DNA from: a bacterium
GTDB taxonomy: Bacteria; Zhuqueibacterota; Zhuqueibacteria; Residuimicrobiales; Krinioviventaceae
Reading direction: 5' to 3'
DNA: 64,000 nt
Assembly: GCA_963693055.1 (NCBI GenBank)
Contig: OY843751.1
Location: 4,672,001-4,736,000 of the forward strand
Made by a program: the position numbers and the translations under genes. The notes below the pieces were generated by a model. The model had not been told where the DNA came from. It worked only from the letters and a program-made list of their open reading frames with translations, and made no database searches. Shown piece by piece: positions 17,057 through 27,342 of the stretch (its first letter is position 1; each line of letters starts with the position of its first letter).

Positions 17057-19096
17057 CTATCCCAGTACTCCGGAGCTGTCAACTGCCACAACGACCATCT
17101 TGTGTGCCGGCAGATCTAGCGGAGCATTTGCATCCATTACCACAGGTTTGGGAGATTCAATATCCAGCAAATACAGTTTACCGGAAATGCTGAATTCGGG
17201 TTTCACTTTAAGGCCTGATTCGCCTTCATTGAAAATCATATAGCAATGTAAGCCGTCTTTAACAACATGACGTACCCGAATGTCTTTGGCATCTGTATCA
17301 AATTTAACATCCCGGTCAATCAGTTTGTCTATGGCAGAAACCAGTACAGCATCATCCATATCGGGATTCCAGCGGATGATTCGCCCCGCTTTTTCCAAAA
17401 CGTCTATGGCGGATTTAGCCTCTTGCGGTATTATCACTTCCGGCTCAACAACAAGTGCCTTGTAATGCATACCAGCAATACGGATACCGTCTTTATCGAC
17501 TTTAGCGTCTTCCCACAAATGACGTGCTTCCAGATAATTAAAGTCAATCTGGTTTTGAAAACAGACTTTGGCAGATGGCCAGGGCAAATAATCGTTCAGT
17601 CCCAATATCGCAACATCACACACCTGTGTGCTGTCTGTGTTCAACCAGCACAAACGACTGGTAGCATCGGCAAAGGGCTTGAATTCTCCCCACCAGGTAT
17701 TATTGGGGCCAACATCCGGTGGACGTTCATCAACACGCGGGCCCCGCACAGAATAATAAAACGCATGCGGATACAAGAGATTACACCCCCGAACAATAAG
17801 CCAGTTTGCCAGCCATTTCATTTCACGAAAAGTAAAATCGTGCCCATACGCGCCGCAATACTCGTTGGAATTGCGTCTGCGTCCCAGGTGTACCATCGCT
17901 GATGAAGCGCACTTGCCCATGGTAGATTGGGGTCCTTCCAGTGCGTTGGGTTTACCCGGCTCAACATAGCGCCAGACAATGTCCTGTCCCGGAAAATGGA
18001 AATAACGTAAATGCCCAATATCATCGGGATCAGCCGGGTGCCCGGCTAAAGCGACATTGTGTTCGCTGCACCACTCAGATATAGGTTTGTAATAGGTTTC
18101 TTCCAGTCGTGCTTCCAATGCACGGTCATAATCCAGTCTGTACTTTTCCGCGTTCGGCTCATCATCAAACCACAAGGCAGCCAGATGCGGGGTAAAATCG
18201 TAACCCAACCACTCGTTTACAAATTTAAGCACATCCGCGTTGCCGGGTTTGGCGCCGTGTTCTCCGCGTTTGCCAAAAAACGAAGGCTCATCCGTAAACA
18301 CAGCTTTGATGGTTTTACCAAAATGTTTTGAGAATTCATCATAATACCGTTGATAGACCAGGCGTATAAAGCACTGCATGGCCTCGGGATTTAAAATATC
18401 ACCCAGTTCGGGCATATTTTCAGGGACTTCTTTTTTTTCAGGACGGCGTTTGGCATCCGGATCAACAAAATGCAATCCGCGGATCAGGGAGTATCCATCC
18501 CGGATGTATCGGTCAACAATGGCTATTTGGTGCCCGTCCTGCTTGCGCTTTATTATAGTAATCAGATTCTGGTCTTTTCCAATAACAGGTTTACCATCTG
18601 CTCCGATTTTAAAGCCATACACCTCGTCCCCCGGTTTAACGCTGTCCAGATCGATATAAAACAACCCACGGGGACGATAAGCGCGGTTCTCTGCAACAAC
18701 CTGTCCGCTTGCAGAACCACTGGGATACATGCCTTCATCATAGAGCACCACCCACATGTCTTTTTTTTCTGCCAAATCAATAGCATAACGCATAAAGTGG
18801 ATCATTTTATCACTCATCCAGCCAATATCACGCGGTAATCCGGCACGGGGATGAATCACAAATCCATAAACACCATGATCGCAAAAGTCCTGCATTTGAC
18901 GTGCAATTTCTTTTTCAGTCAAATCATCATTCCAGAACCAGAACGGTGCCTGAGAAAACTCGTGTGGCGGTACAGACCAGCTTTCAAGAAAAGCCTGTTT
19001 AGGAGCTTGGGAACTATTGAAACAATTCAATGCCGCGGCTGAACCGGCCACAGCAACTGAGCCTATAAAATGACGCCGGGATATTTTCATAATCAT
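17057..19096 (-). CDS. Glycoside hydrolase, GH106-like (alpha-L-rhamnosidase-like), Tat signal
   Basis: ISRRHFIG signal; PFWFWN, VIHPRAGL, LYDEGMYPSG and FTDEP motifs. Confidence 0.7.
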   Translation of the reverse strand: MIMKISRRHFIGSVAVAGSAAALNCFNSSQAPKQAFLESWSVPPHEFSQAPFWFWNDDLTEKEIARQMQDFCDHGVYGFVIHPRAGLPRDIGWMSDKMIHFMRYAIDLAEKKDMWVVLYDEGMYPSGSASGQVVAENRAYRPRGLFYIDLDSVKPGDEVYGFKIGADGKPVIGKDQNLITIIKRKQDGHQIAIVDRYIRDGYSLIRGLHFVDPDAKRRPEKKEVPENMPELGDILNPEAMQCFIRLVYQRYYDEFSKHFGKTIKAVFTDEPSFFGKRGEHGAKPGNADVLKFVNEWLGYDFTPHLAALWFDDEPNAEKYRLDYDRALEARLEETYYKPISEWCSEHNVALAGHPADPDDIGHLRYFHFPGQDIVWRYVEPGKPNALEGPQSTMGKCASSAMVHLGRRRNSNEYCGAYGHDFTFREMKWLANWLIVRGCNLLYPHAFYYSVRGPRVDERPPDVGPNNTWWGEFKPFADATSRLCWLNTDSTQVCDVAILGLNDYLPWPSAKVCFQNQIDFNYLEARHLWEDAKVDKDGIRIAGMHYKALVVEPEVIIPQEAKSAIDVLEKAGRIIRWNPDMDDAVLVSAIDKLIDRDVKFDTDAKDIRVRHVVKDGLHCYMIFNEGESGLKVKPEFSISGKLYLLDIESPKPVVMDANAPLDLPAHKMVVVAVDSSGVLG

Positions 19097-19111
19097 CCTT
19101 TTTGTATATTA

Positions 19112-20767
19112 TTATAATTTTCTATACCAGGGTAAACGTGTCAAAGGTGCATCAATCTCGATCTTTGCCGGGCCTTTAACAATAGAGCCATCATCACCTT
19201 TCCACTTGCCCTCGGGCAGGTATACAATTCGGCTGCGTGCTCCTTTTTCCAAAACAGGTGCAACCAAAATAAAACTGCCCAGCATAAATTGGTCTGTTAT
19301 TCTATCATATCCCCTATTGGGAAATACATAATCCATAGATCGAACAATGGGTTCTCCGCTCTTTGCAGATTCTTTTGCACAAGCCAGAATCTCTGCGCCC
19401 ATATCTGTGTGCAGATTTGCCATTTCCACACATATTTGCAAATTTTCTTTACTCAAAATCCGCCAGGGTGCAACCGAAAACTGCATCATGGGCATCAGTG
19501 CATGACATTGCGCGGCACGCACAACAAGTTCCTGATCAATTTGCTCCAAATCCATGAATGACAAATATTCTCCCCCACCTATCATATCAGGACATGTAAA
19601 GGGATATCCCATCAATCCCTGGTTGACAATTCCGGGAATCAATTTATGCAAATCCTGCCAGTTATGAGACTTGTCCCGCAAGCGCATGGCAATTGGCTGC
19701 CCGCCCATTTTCCAGGCGGCCCGATATTCATTATACGGATAATCCAAACCCACCTTGACAAACAATTCCGAATGTTGGTTGGGGATTATATCTTTTTGAA
19801 AAGAAAGCGTGGGGCTCAGGAACCGTTCCGCGGTATAATGCTTTGCGTCCCCTCCATCAAATTTAAATCCATCAATGCCATAGGTTTCTACTAGATAGTC
19901 AAGTTTTCCGGTAAACCAGGCCCTTCCATCGGGATGTGACAGATCCACAGCATGGCTGAATCCGTTCCACCATTGCATCACAGCCGGGTAATCTGGATTT
20001 TCGGCATTGACTATCCATATTGTATCTTTTTTAGCTTTATAATCTAACCATAATGTTTTCCAATATTGCCCATCCGAAGTAATGTACGGACAAATCCACA
20101 AAATCACCTTGAATCCCAACTGGTGCAGCTCGGTCATCATAGATTTGGGATCAGGGAAACGGGTTGGCTCAAACTCCCAATCGCCATAGGTCTTGAACCA
20201 GCCCTCATCAATCATCAAAACACCGGGTTCAAATCCATTTTCTACTATTTTATGCGCATAGTCCAGTATGCCTTGTTGATATTGATTATATGTAAATTCT
20301 ATCCAGGTGTTAAATTGCGGTTTTAAAAACAGCTCCGGCGCGGGTATTTTCCCGGAAGCGGGGAAATAGCGATTGTTAACATATTTATAAACCTGAGCAA
20401 GGTTTTGCCCATGGTTGCCGCTTTGCAAAGATCCGAATGGCGACTCTACTTTTAACACCTTATTACTGAATTGGAATTTAAACGGATCCTCAGACCAAAC
20501 ATATCTGCCTTTATTGGATAATAACAATGGCTGTCCCTGATTTCCTGCTATATTACCAAAAAAATCAAATTCAAAGCGCTGTTCATGAATGGGCATTAAA
20601 TGAGATTGTGCAACAGCTCCCGCCCACCATTGTTCATCCTCTAAAACTTTGAATTCCAGAACATTATATTCTGAAAAGGTTTGCAATGGTAAGCAAAAAA
20701 AGATACTGGTTATCAGTAAGAAAAAAGTGTTTTTCACAACCCAATCCTTAAAATATATCCCATTCAA
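19112..20767 (-). CDS. Glycoside hydrolase family 31
   Basis: PQFNTW, MIDEGW, RFPDPK, GIDGFKFDGGD, CPDMIGGG, PMMQFS.APW, GEPIVR and DQFMLG..ILVAPV motifs. Confidence 0.85.
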   Translation of the reverse strand: MNGIYFKDWVVKNTFFLLITSIFFCLPLQTFSEYNVLEFKVLEDEQWWAGAVAQSHLMPIHEQRFEFDFFGNIAGNQGQPLLLSNKGRYVWSEDPFKFQFSNKVLKVESPFGSLQSGNHGQNLAQVYKYVNNRYFPASGKIPAPELFLKPQFNTWIEFTYNQYQQGILDYAHKIVENGFEPGVLMIDEGWFKTYGDWEFEPTRFPDPKSMMTELHQLGFKVILWICPYITSDGQYWKTLWLDYKAKKDTIWIVNAENPDYPAVMQWWNGFSHAVDLSHPDGRAWFTGKLDYLVETYGIDGFKFDGGDAKHYTAERFLSPTLSFQKDIIPNQHSELFVKVGLDYPYNEYRAAWKMGGQPIAMRLRDKSHNWQDLHKLIPGIVNQGLMGYPFTCPDMIGGGEYLSFMDLEQIDQELVVRAAQCHALMPMMQFSVAPWRILSKENLQICVEMANLHTDMGAEILACAKESAKSGEPIVRSMDYVFPNRGYDRITDQFMLGSFILVAPVLEKGARSRIVYLPEGKWKGDDGSIVKGPAKIEIDAPLTRLPWYRKL

Positions 20768-20855
20768 AATGTAATAGCTGATCAGCTATTTTATAGTAAA
20801 AATTTTTTCATAGTTTTCCAAGAGCTTTTAAATTACAATTCAAAGAAAAGACAAT

Positions 20856-20888
20856 AAAAAAGCACTGACAAACAGTCTTGTCAGTGCT
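20856..20888 (-). terminator. Rho-independent terminator of the VOC gene
   Basis: Stem agcactgacaa/ttgtcagtgct followed by a U-tract on the minus strand. Confidence 0.75.
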
Positions 20889-20915
20889 CAAATATTGATG
20901 TATTAAAAACCTTTT

Positions 20916-21347
20916 CTAAGCTTCTGCTTCATAGTTGACCATCCAGGTAATTCCATATTTATCTACCAGTTGACCAAACATTGCTCCCCAAAATGTTTTG
21001 CCCCAGGGCATTACTACATTCGCACCCTCTGATAGATTATTAAACCAGGTCTCTCCTTTTTTCTCATCATCTATCTGGATTATTATTTGCACATTGTTGC
21101 CGTTTTCAAGCTTGCTGCCCGGCATTATGTCTGCGCCCATCAAAAGGGCTTTACCATCAATTTTTAACGCCGAGTGCATAATCTTGTTCTGATATTCTGG
21201 CGGCATCTCAGCCTCCACAGGTGTTCCTTTAACCGTCATCGTTTCCAGTTCAGCGTCCAATGCGTTTTTATAAAAAGTCATAGCATCCAAACAGTTTCCA
21301 TCAAATGACAGGTATGGATTTATCGAGATAAACATATTTTCCTCCAA
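20916..21347 (-). CDS. VOC family protein (PhnB/3-demethylubiquinone-9 3-methyltransferase-like)
   Basis: INPYLSFDGNC..A..FY, IMHS.L, L.EG..V.MP...TFWGA.FG.LVDKYGI.WMVN. Confidence 0.88.
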   Translation of the reverse strand: MEENMFISINPYLSFDGNCLDAMTFYKNALDAELETMTVKGTPVEAEMPPEYQNKIMHSALKIDGKALLMGADIMPGSKLENGNNVQIIIQIDDEKKGETWFNNLSEGANVVMPWGKTFWGAMFGQLVDKYGITWMVNYEAEA

Positions 21348-21456
21348 GTTTTGGGATTATAAACGCATAAAACAAATCAAAGAGCTTGAATATTCTTGTT
21401 ACAAGAAAAAAACAAATGTTTTACGTATATCTGATAAAAAAATTATAAAATTTCAA

Positions 21457-21484
21457 TTGTTTTTTAAAAAAAATGGTTTATATT
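21457..21484 (+). promoter_or_regulatory. Putative sigma70 promoter of ilvB unit 1
   Basis: TTGTTT-16 nt-TATATT, the same geometry as the promoter candidate upstream of unit 2. Confidence 0.4.
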
Positions 21485-21511
21485 TACCACCATAATAATA
21501 ATCAGAGAATA

Positions 21512-21718
21512 ATGAACACACAAAATTCCACATATTCACTTTCTTTACCCTCAGCATTTGCTAACGGGCAGGAATCTGTATGCATGTGGAAAAATCTGAA
21601 TATTATATCCTCAATAGTCAACATACCAGGTATGCTTGTGCAACACCTGGTGGTCGTCGTCCCTGTTATTCTTCTTAACCTCTTGTCTGTGGGTGTGGTG
21701 GTTCGCGTCAGCGAATAA
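21512..21718 (+). CDS. Putative ILV attenuator leader peptide 1 (68 aa, Val-rich C-terminus)
   Basis: Ends MLVQHLVVVVPVILLNLLSVGVVVRVSE; aligns end to end with 23721-23930; sits directly upstream of ilvB. Confidence 0.7.
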   Translation: MNTQNSTYSLSLPSAFANGQESVCMWKNLNIISSIVNIPGMLVQHLVVVVPVILLNLLSVGVVVRVSE

Positions 21719-21817
21719 CAACCCGGTGCAAGAGGAAATCTCGTAATACATCCAAACATTTAACACAATGCTTTCAACCCATCCTCTGCACCGTAAGCAC
21801 AGGTATGACTAGTTTTG
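21679..21817 (+). promoter_or_regulatory. Putative transcription attenuator 1 (alternative 1:2, 2:3 and 3:4 pairings)
   Basis: cctcttg (21679-21685) and tcctctgcaccg (21782-21793) are both complementary to cggtgcaagagga (21724-21736). An imperfect 3:4 hairpin with a short U-run follows. Confidence 0.6.
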
Positions 21818-21872
21818 AATTATTCCAGGCATGTTCGAATTGGCATAATAACTCGTAAACGAAAGGATAGTT

Positions 21873-23594
21873 ATGACTGGTGCAGAAATGATTTTACATG
21901 CTTTAAAAAAAGAAGGCGTAAACGCGGTTTTCGGTTATCCGGGAGCCTCGGTAATCGACATTTTTGATTTACTGTATGAAGGAGAAATCCCGTTTTATCT
22001 GGTCAGACATGAACAGGGCGCGGTACACGCGGCAGACGGTTTTGCCCGCGCATCCGGCAAAGTGGGAGTTTGTCTGGCTACTTCCGGACCCGGTGCTACC
22101 AACCTGGTAACCGGTCTGGCTACAGCTCATATGGATTCTATCCCCATGGTTGCCATTACCGGGCAGGTAGCCACCCACCTGATAGGAAACGATGCGTTTC
22201 AGGAAGTCGACATGGTGGGTATCAGCAGACCCATTACCAAGCACAACTATTTGGTTAATTCAGTAAAAGACTTGCCCAAAATTTTAAAACAGGCTTTTCA
22301 TATTGCACGTAGCGGCAGGCCCGGTCCGGTTTTAATTGACATTCCCAAAGATCTTCAACGAATGGAATGTACCGTTCCCTATCCGGATAAAGTAGAAATC
22401 TCCAGCTACAAGCCAACCTTAAAAGGCCATACGCAGCAGCTTAAAAAAGCGATAACATTAATCGAACGCAGTAAAAAACCGGTCATTTACGCGGGCGGTG
22501 GCGTTATTGCCAGCGAAGCAAGCAGCGAACTGCGGACCTTTGCTGAAAAGATCAATGCTCCTGTTACAACAACCTTGATGGGATTAGGGATTTACGATGA
22601 AACCGCACCCAACGCACTAAAAATGCTGGGTATGCACGGTACCGAATATGCCAATTACTCTATTCAGGCATGCGATTTGTTAATTGCAGTTGGTGCTCGG
22701 TTTGATGACAGGGTAACCGGAAAAGTTGATAAATTTGCACCCAATGCCAAAATCATTCATATTGATATCGATCCCACAACCATCCGTAAAAACGTTCAGG
22801 TAAATATACCTATTGTTGGAGATGTAAAACATGTTCTGGCAGATCTGGTAGAAATGATTGAGCAACAAGATAAAGCAGAATGGATTTCACAGGTGCGGGA
22901 ATGGAAAGAAAAGCATCCCCTGACATTTAAAAACGATGGTTTTATTCAACCCCAATTTGTGATCGAAAAAATCGCAGAAATGACAGACCATAAAGCAATT
23001 ATTACTACCGAAGTGGGGCAGAACCAGATGTGGAGTGCACAGTTTTTCAATTTCAAACATCCGCGAACCTTTTTATCATCCGGCGGCCTGGGAACCATGG
23101 GCTATGGATTCCCCGCAGCTATTGGTGCCCAAATTGCCCACCCGGATAAAGTTGTGATTGATATTGCAGGCGACGGCAGCATTCAAATGAACATACAGGA
23201 ACTGGCAACAGCTGTTTTGTACCAAATACCCGTCAAGATTGTAATCCTTAACAATCGTTCCTTGGGCATGGTAAGACAATGGCAGGCCATATTCTATGAC
23301 AAACGATTTGCTTCAACCTGTATGCGCCGAAATGCCCAATGTCCACCGCAGTGTGAACAAACTGAAGAATTTTGCCCTACCGAATATGTGCCCAATTTCG
23401 TCAAACTGGCAAAAGCCTATGGTGCAACCGGTTTTTACGCGGACAAAGTTGAGGATGTAGTACCCACTTTGGGAAAAATGTTGAATACGCCGGGTCCTGT
23501 TGTTGTTGAATTCAAGATAGAAGCAGAAGAAAATGTTTACCCCATGGTGCCGGCTGGCGCACCTATTCATGAAATGATAAGAGGCATGGCATAA
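21873..23594 (+). CDS. ilvB: Acetolactate synthase large subunit, copy 1
   Basis: FGYPG, RHEQGAVHAADG, TSGPGATN, DAFQE, LGMHG, RFDDRVTG, ThDP motif GDGSIQMN...NN, GMVRQWQ. Confidence 0.97.
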   Translation: MTGAEMILHALKKEGVNAVFGYPGASVIDIFDLLYEGEIPFYLVRHEQGAVHAADGFARASGKVGVCLATSGPGATNLVTGLATAHMDSIPMVAITGQVATHLIGNDAFQEVDMVGISRPITKHNYLVNSVKDLPKILKQAFHIARSGRPGPVLIDIPKDLQRMECTVPYPDKVEISSYKPTLKGHTQQLKKAITLIERSKKPVIYAGGGVIASEASSELRTFAEKINAPVTTTLMGLGIYDETAPNALKMLGMHGTEYANYSIQACDLLIAVGARFDDRVTGKVDKFAPNAKIIHIDIDPTTIRKNVQVNIPIVGDVKHVLADLVEMIEQQDKAEWISQVREWKEKHPLTFKNDGFIQPQFVIEKIAEMTDHKAIITTEVGQNQMWSAQFFNFKHPRTFLSSGGLGTMGYGFPAAIGAQIAHPDKVVIDIAGDGSIQMNIQELATAVLYQIPVKIVILNNRSLGMVRQWQAIFYDKRFASTCMRRNAQCPPQCEQTEEFCPTEYVPNFVKLAKAYGATGFYADKVEDVVPTLGKMLNTPGPVVVEFKIEAEENVYPMVPAGAPIHEMIRGMA

Positions 23595-23658
23595 AAATAA
23601 AATATTTAAAATGATTGACGTTATTTATTTAAAAAACAAGACATAAAAATTTTTTTTA

Positions 23659-23686
23659 TTGACTTTATCAAATAATTAGTTATATT
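23659..23686 (+). promoter_or_regulatory. Putative sigma70 promoter of ilvB unit 2
   Basis: TTGACT-16 nt-TATATT in an AT-rich intergenic region. Confidence 0.5.
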
Positions 23687-23720
23687 TATTAATTCAATAG
23701 TATAATATTTAGAAAAATTC

Positions 23721-23930
23721 ATGAGCACACATACGGCCACAAAATCATATCCTTTTTCAAACCCGTTAGCAATAGCTTACGGTAGGGGAGCTGTGTGCGT
23801 ACGTAATACGAATCTGAATATTCTACCATCCTTGTTAGTAAACTTACCGGGTGTGATTGTGCGACGCCTGGTGGTCGTGCCCATCATTATTCTAAACCTC
23901 TTGCTAGTGCTAATTCGCCTAAGCGAATAA
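23721..23930 (+). CDS. Putative ILV attenuator leader peptide 2 (69 aa, Ile/Leu/Val-rich C-terminus)
   Basis: Ends VIVRRLVVVPIIILNLLLVLIRLSE with four CTA Leu codons; paralogous to leader 1. Confidence 0.72.
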   Translation: MSTHTATKSYPFSNPLAIAYGRGAVCVRNTNLNILPSLLVNLPGVIVRRLVVVPIIILNLLLVLIRLSE

Positions 23931-24060
23931 AATACATGGTGCAAGAGGAAGCCAAAAAAATTTAATACACTACACAAAGCCTAAACGACCCGGAAATCGG
24001 GAATATCCTCTGCACCATGAGACAAGGTGTTTTTTAAAATTTGATGAGGTATTTTTTTTT
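23897..24060 (+). promoter_or_regulatory. Putative transcription attenuator 2
   Basis: cctcttgc (23897-23904) and tcctctgcaccatg (24006-24019) are both complementary to catggtgcaagagga (23935-23949). Downstream are a gcacc/ggtgt stem with a U-tract and a second T9 run at 24052-24060. Confidence 0.62.
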
Positions 24061-24099
24061 GAGCAAAAAACAATACATACAACAAAAAAAAGGATTGTT

Positions 24100-25821
24100 A
24101 TGACTGGTGCAGAAATGATCGTTCACGCTTTAAAACAAGAGGGTGTACGTGCGTTATTCGGTTACCCGGGTGGTTCGGTAATCGATATCTTTGATGTATT
24201 GTACAATTCAGATCTTCCATTTTATCTTGTGCGGCATGAACAAGGTGCAGTCCACGCTGCAGACGGTTTTGCACGTGCATCCGGTGAAGTGGGTGTCTGC
24301 CTTGCAACTTCAGGACCGGGGGCCACAAACCTGGTGACAGGTTTAGCTACAGCTCATATGGACTCTATTCCGATGGTGGCAATAACAGGACAAGTTCATA
24401 CACATCTGATTGGTAACGATGCATTTCAAGAAGTAGACATTGTTGGCATCAGCAGACCCATTACAAAGCACAATTATCTGGTGAGTTCGGTTGATGAATT
24501 GCCTAAAATTTTGAAACAAGCATTTTATCTGGCCCGCACCGGCAGACCTGGTCCGGTATTGGTGGATATCCCCAAAGATATTCAACAAACCGAGTGCAAA
24601 GTCCCCTATCCGGATAAAGTAGAAATTCCAAGCTACAAGCCAACAATGAAGGGTCATTTGCAGCAGCTTAAAAAAGTTGCCAAAGCAATTGAACAGAGTA
24701 AACAACCCGTCATTTATGCAGGTGGTGGAGTTATAGCAAGCGAAGCAAGTAATGAACTCCGCACTTTTGCTAAAAAGATCAATGCTCCTGTAACTACAAC
24801 CCTTATGGGACTTGGAATTTATGACGAAACTGATGATGACGCATTAAAAATGCTGGGCATGCACGGTACGGAATATGCCAATTACTCTATTCAGGCATGC
24901 GATCTGTTAATTGCGGTTGGTGCTCGCTTTGATGACAGAGTTACCGGCAAAGTCGATAAATTCGCAGCCAATGCTACAATTATTCATATCGATATCGACC
25001 CTACAACTATTCGCAAAAACGTTCAGGTCAACATTCCCATTGTTGGTGATATTAAACATGTTCTTACTGATCTGAACGAGCTCATTGAACAGCAGGATAA
25101 AAAAGAATGGATGTCTCAGGTTCATGAATGGAAAGAAAAACATCCACTGGTTTACAAGAACGATGGACATATTCAGCCACAATATATCATTGAAAAACTG
25201 GCTGAAATGACTGATCACAATGCGGTTATCTCTACCGAAGTGGGTCAAAACCAGATGTGGGCGGCACAGTTTTATAATTATAAACATCCACGTACCTTTT
25301 TATCATCTGGTGGTTTGGGAACCATGGGTTACGGATTTCCCGCAGCCATTGGCGCCCAAGTTGCCCAGCCGGACAAGGTTGTTATTGACATTGCGGGTGA
25401 TGGCAGCATCCAGATGAACATACAGGAACTGGCTACCGCAGTATTGTATCAGATCCCCGTCAAGATTGTTATTCTCAATAATCGCTCACTCGGTATGGTG
25501 AGACAATGGCAGGGTATATTTTATGACAGACGCTTTTCATCTACATGCTTGCGGCGCAATGCCATGTGCCCGCCGCAATGTAAACAAACTGAGGAGTTCT
25601 GCCCGAACGAATACGTCCCAAATTTCGTCAAACTGGCAGAAGCCTATGGTGCAGCCGGACTTTATGCGGACAAAGTTGAGGATGTAGTACCCACTTTGAA
25701 AAAAATGCTGAATACTCCGGGCCCGGTTGTTGTTGAATTCAAGATAGAAGCTGAAGAAAATGTTTACCCCATGGTGCCGGCTGGTGCCCCAATCCATGAA
25801 ATGATAAGAGGAATGGCATAA
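24100..25821 (+). CDS. ilvB: Acetolactate synthase large subunit, copy 2
   Basis: Same motifs and same length (573 aa) as copy 1; stop overlaps the ilvN start. Confidence 0.97.
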   Translation: MTGAEMIVHALKQEGVRALFGYPGGSVIDIFDVLYNSDLPFYLVRHEQGAVHAADGFARASGEVGVCLATSGPGATNLVTGLATAHMDSIPMVAITGQVHTHLIGNDAFQEVDIVGISRPITKHNYLVSSVDELPKILKQAFYLARTGRPGPVLVDIPKDIQQTECKVPYPDKVEIPSYKPTMKGHLQQLKKVAKAIEQSKQPVIYAGGGVIASEASNELRTFAKKINAPVTTTLMGLGIYDETDDDALKMLGMHGTEYANYSIQACDLLIAVGARFDDRVTGKVDKFAANATIIHIDIDPTTIRKNVQVNIPIVGDIKHVLTDLNELIEQQDKKEWMSQVHEWKEKHPLVYKNDGHIQPQYIIEKLAEMTDHNAVISTEVGQNQMWAAQFYNYKHPRTFLSSGGLGTMGYGFPAAIGAQVAQPDKVVIDIAGDGSIQMNIQELATAVLYQIPVKIVILNNRSLGMVRQWQGIFYDRRFSSTCLRRNAMCPPQCKQTEEFCPNEYVPNFVKLAEAYGAAGLYADKVEDVVPTLKKMLNTPGPVVVEFKIEAEENVYPMVPAGAPIHEMIRGMA

Positions 25822-26309
25822 TGAGACATATTATTAATTTAGAAGTCGAAAACAATCCGGGTGTACTGGCAAGGATATCAGGACTTTTCAGCGCGCGCGG
25901 ATTCAACATCGAGGCCATTTCGGTTGGAAAACCCGAAACAAATATGACCTCGCGTATGACCCTCGTAGTTAGAGGAAATGATGAAGTTATCGAACAGGTC
26001 AGTAAACAACTCAATAAACTCATTGATGTAATACGTGTAACCGACGTTACCAGCAATTATTATGTCAGCCGTGATCTGGTATTGGTCAAAGTTACTTGTC
26101 CACCGGCAAAACGTACCGAAATCTCTCAACTGATCGGTATTTTTGATGCCAAGGTTGTGGATATCAGCAACAAAACCATGACACTGGAACTGGCAGGCAG
26201 TGAAGCCAAAGTTAACGCCTTTATTGAAACCATTCGACCTTATGGAGTTAAAGAACTTGCCCGCTCTGGAACCATTGCCATGTTGCGGGATTCAAACGGA
26301 AAAATCTAA
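25821..26309 (+). CDS. ilvN: Acetolactate synthase small (regulatory) subunit
   Basis: ACT domain VENNPGVLARISGLFSARGFNIE...KQLNKLIDVI. Confidence 0.96.
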   Translation: MRHIINLEVENNPGVLARISGLFSARGFNIEAISVGKPETNMTSRMTLVVRGNDEVIEQVSKQLNKLIDVIRVTDVTSNYYVSRDLVLVKVTCPPAKRTEISQLIGIFDAKVVDISNKTMTLELAGSEAKVNAFIETIRPYGVKELARSGTIAMLRDSNGKI

Positions 26310-26326
26310 CAAACACTATAATTTAA

Positions 26327-27331
<1,005 letters not shown>

Positions 27332-27342
27332 TAGAGGTTATT

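Noticed and set aside
21502-23977. Minus-strand Thr/Arg-rich ORFs 21502-21759 and 23777-23977 as a duplicated peptide
   Set aside because: They are the antisense shadows of the Val/Leu-rich leader ORFs. The sense ORFs have the promoter, orientation and composition expected for ilv control.
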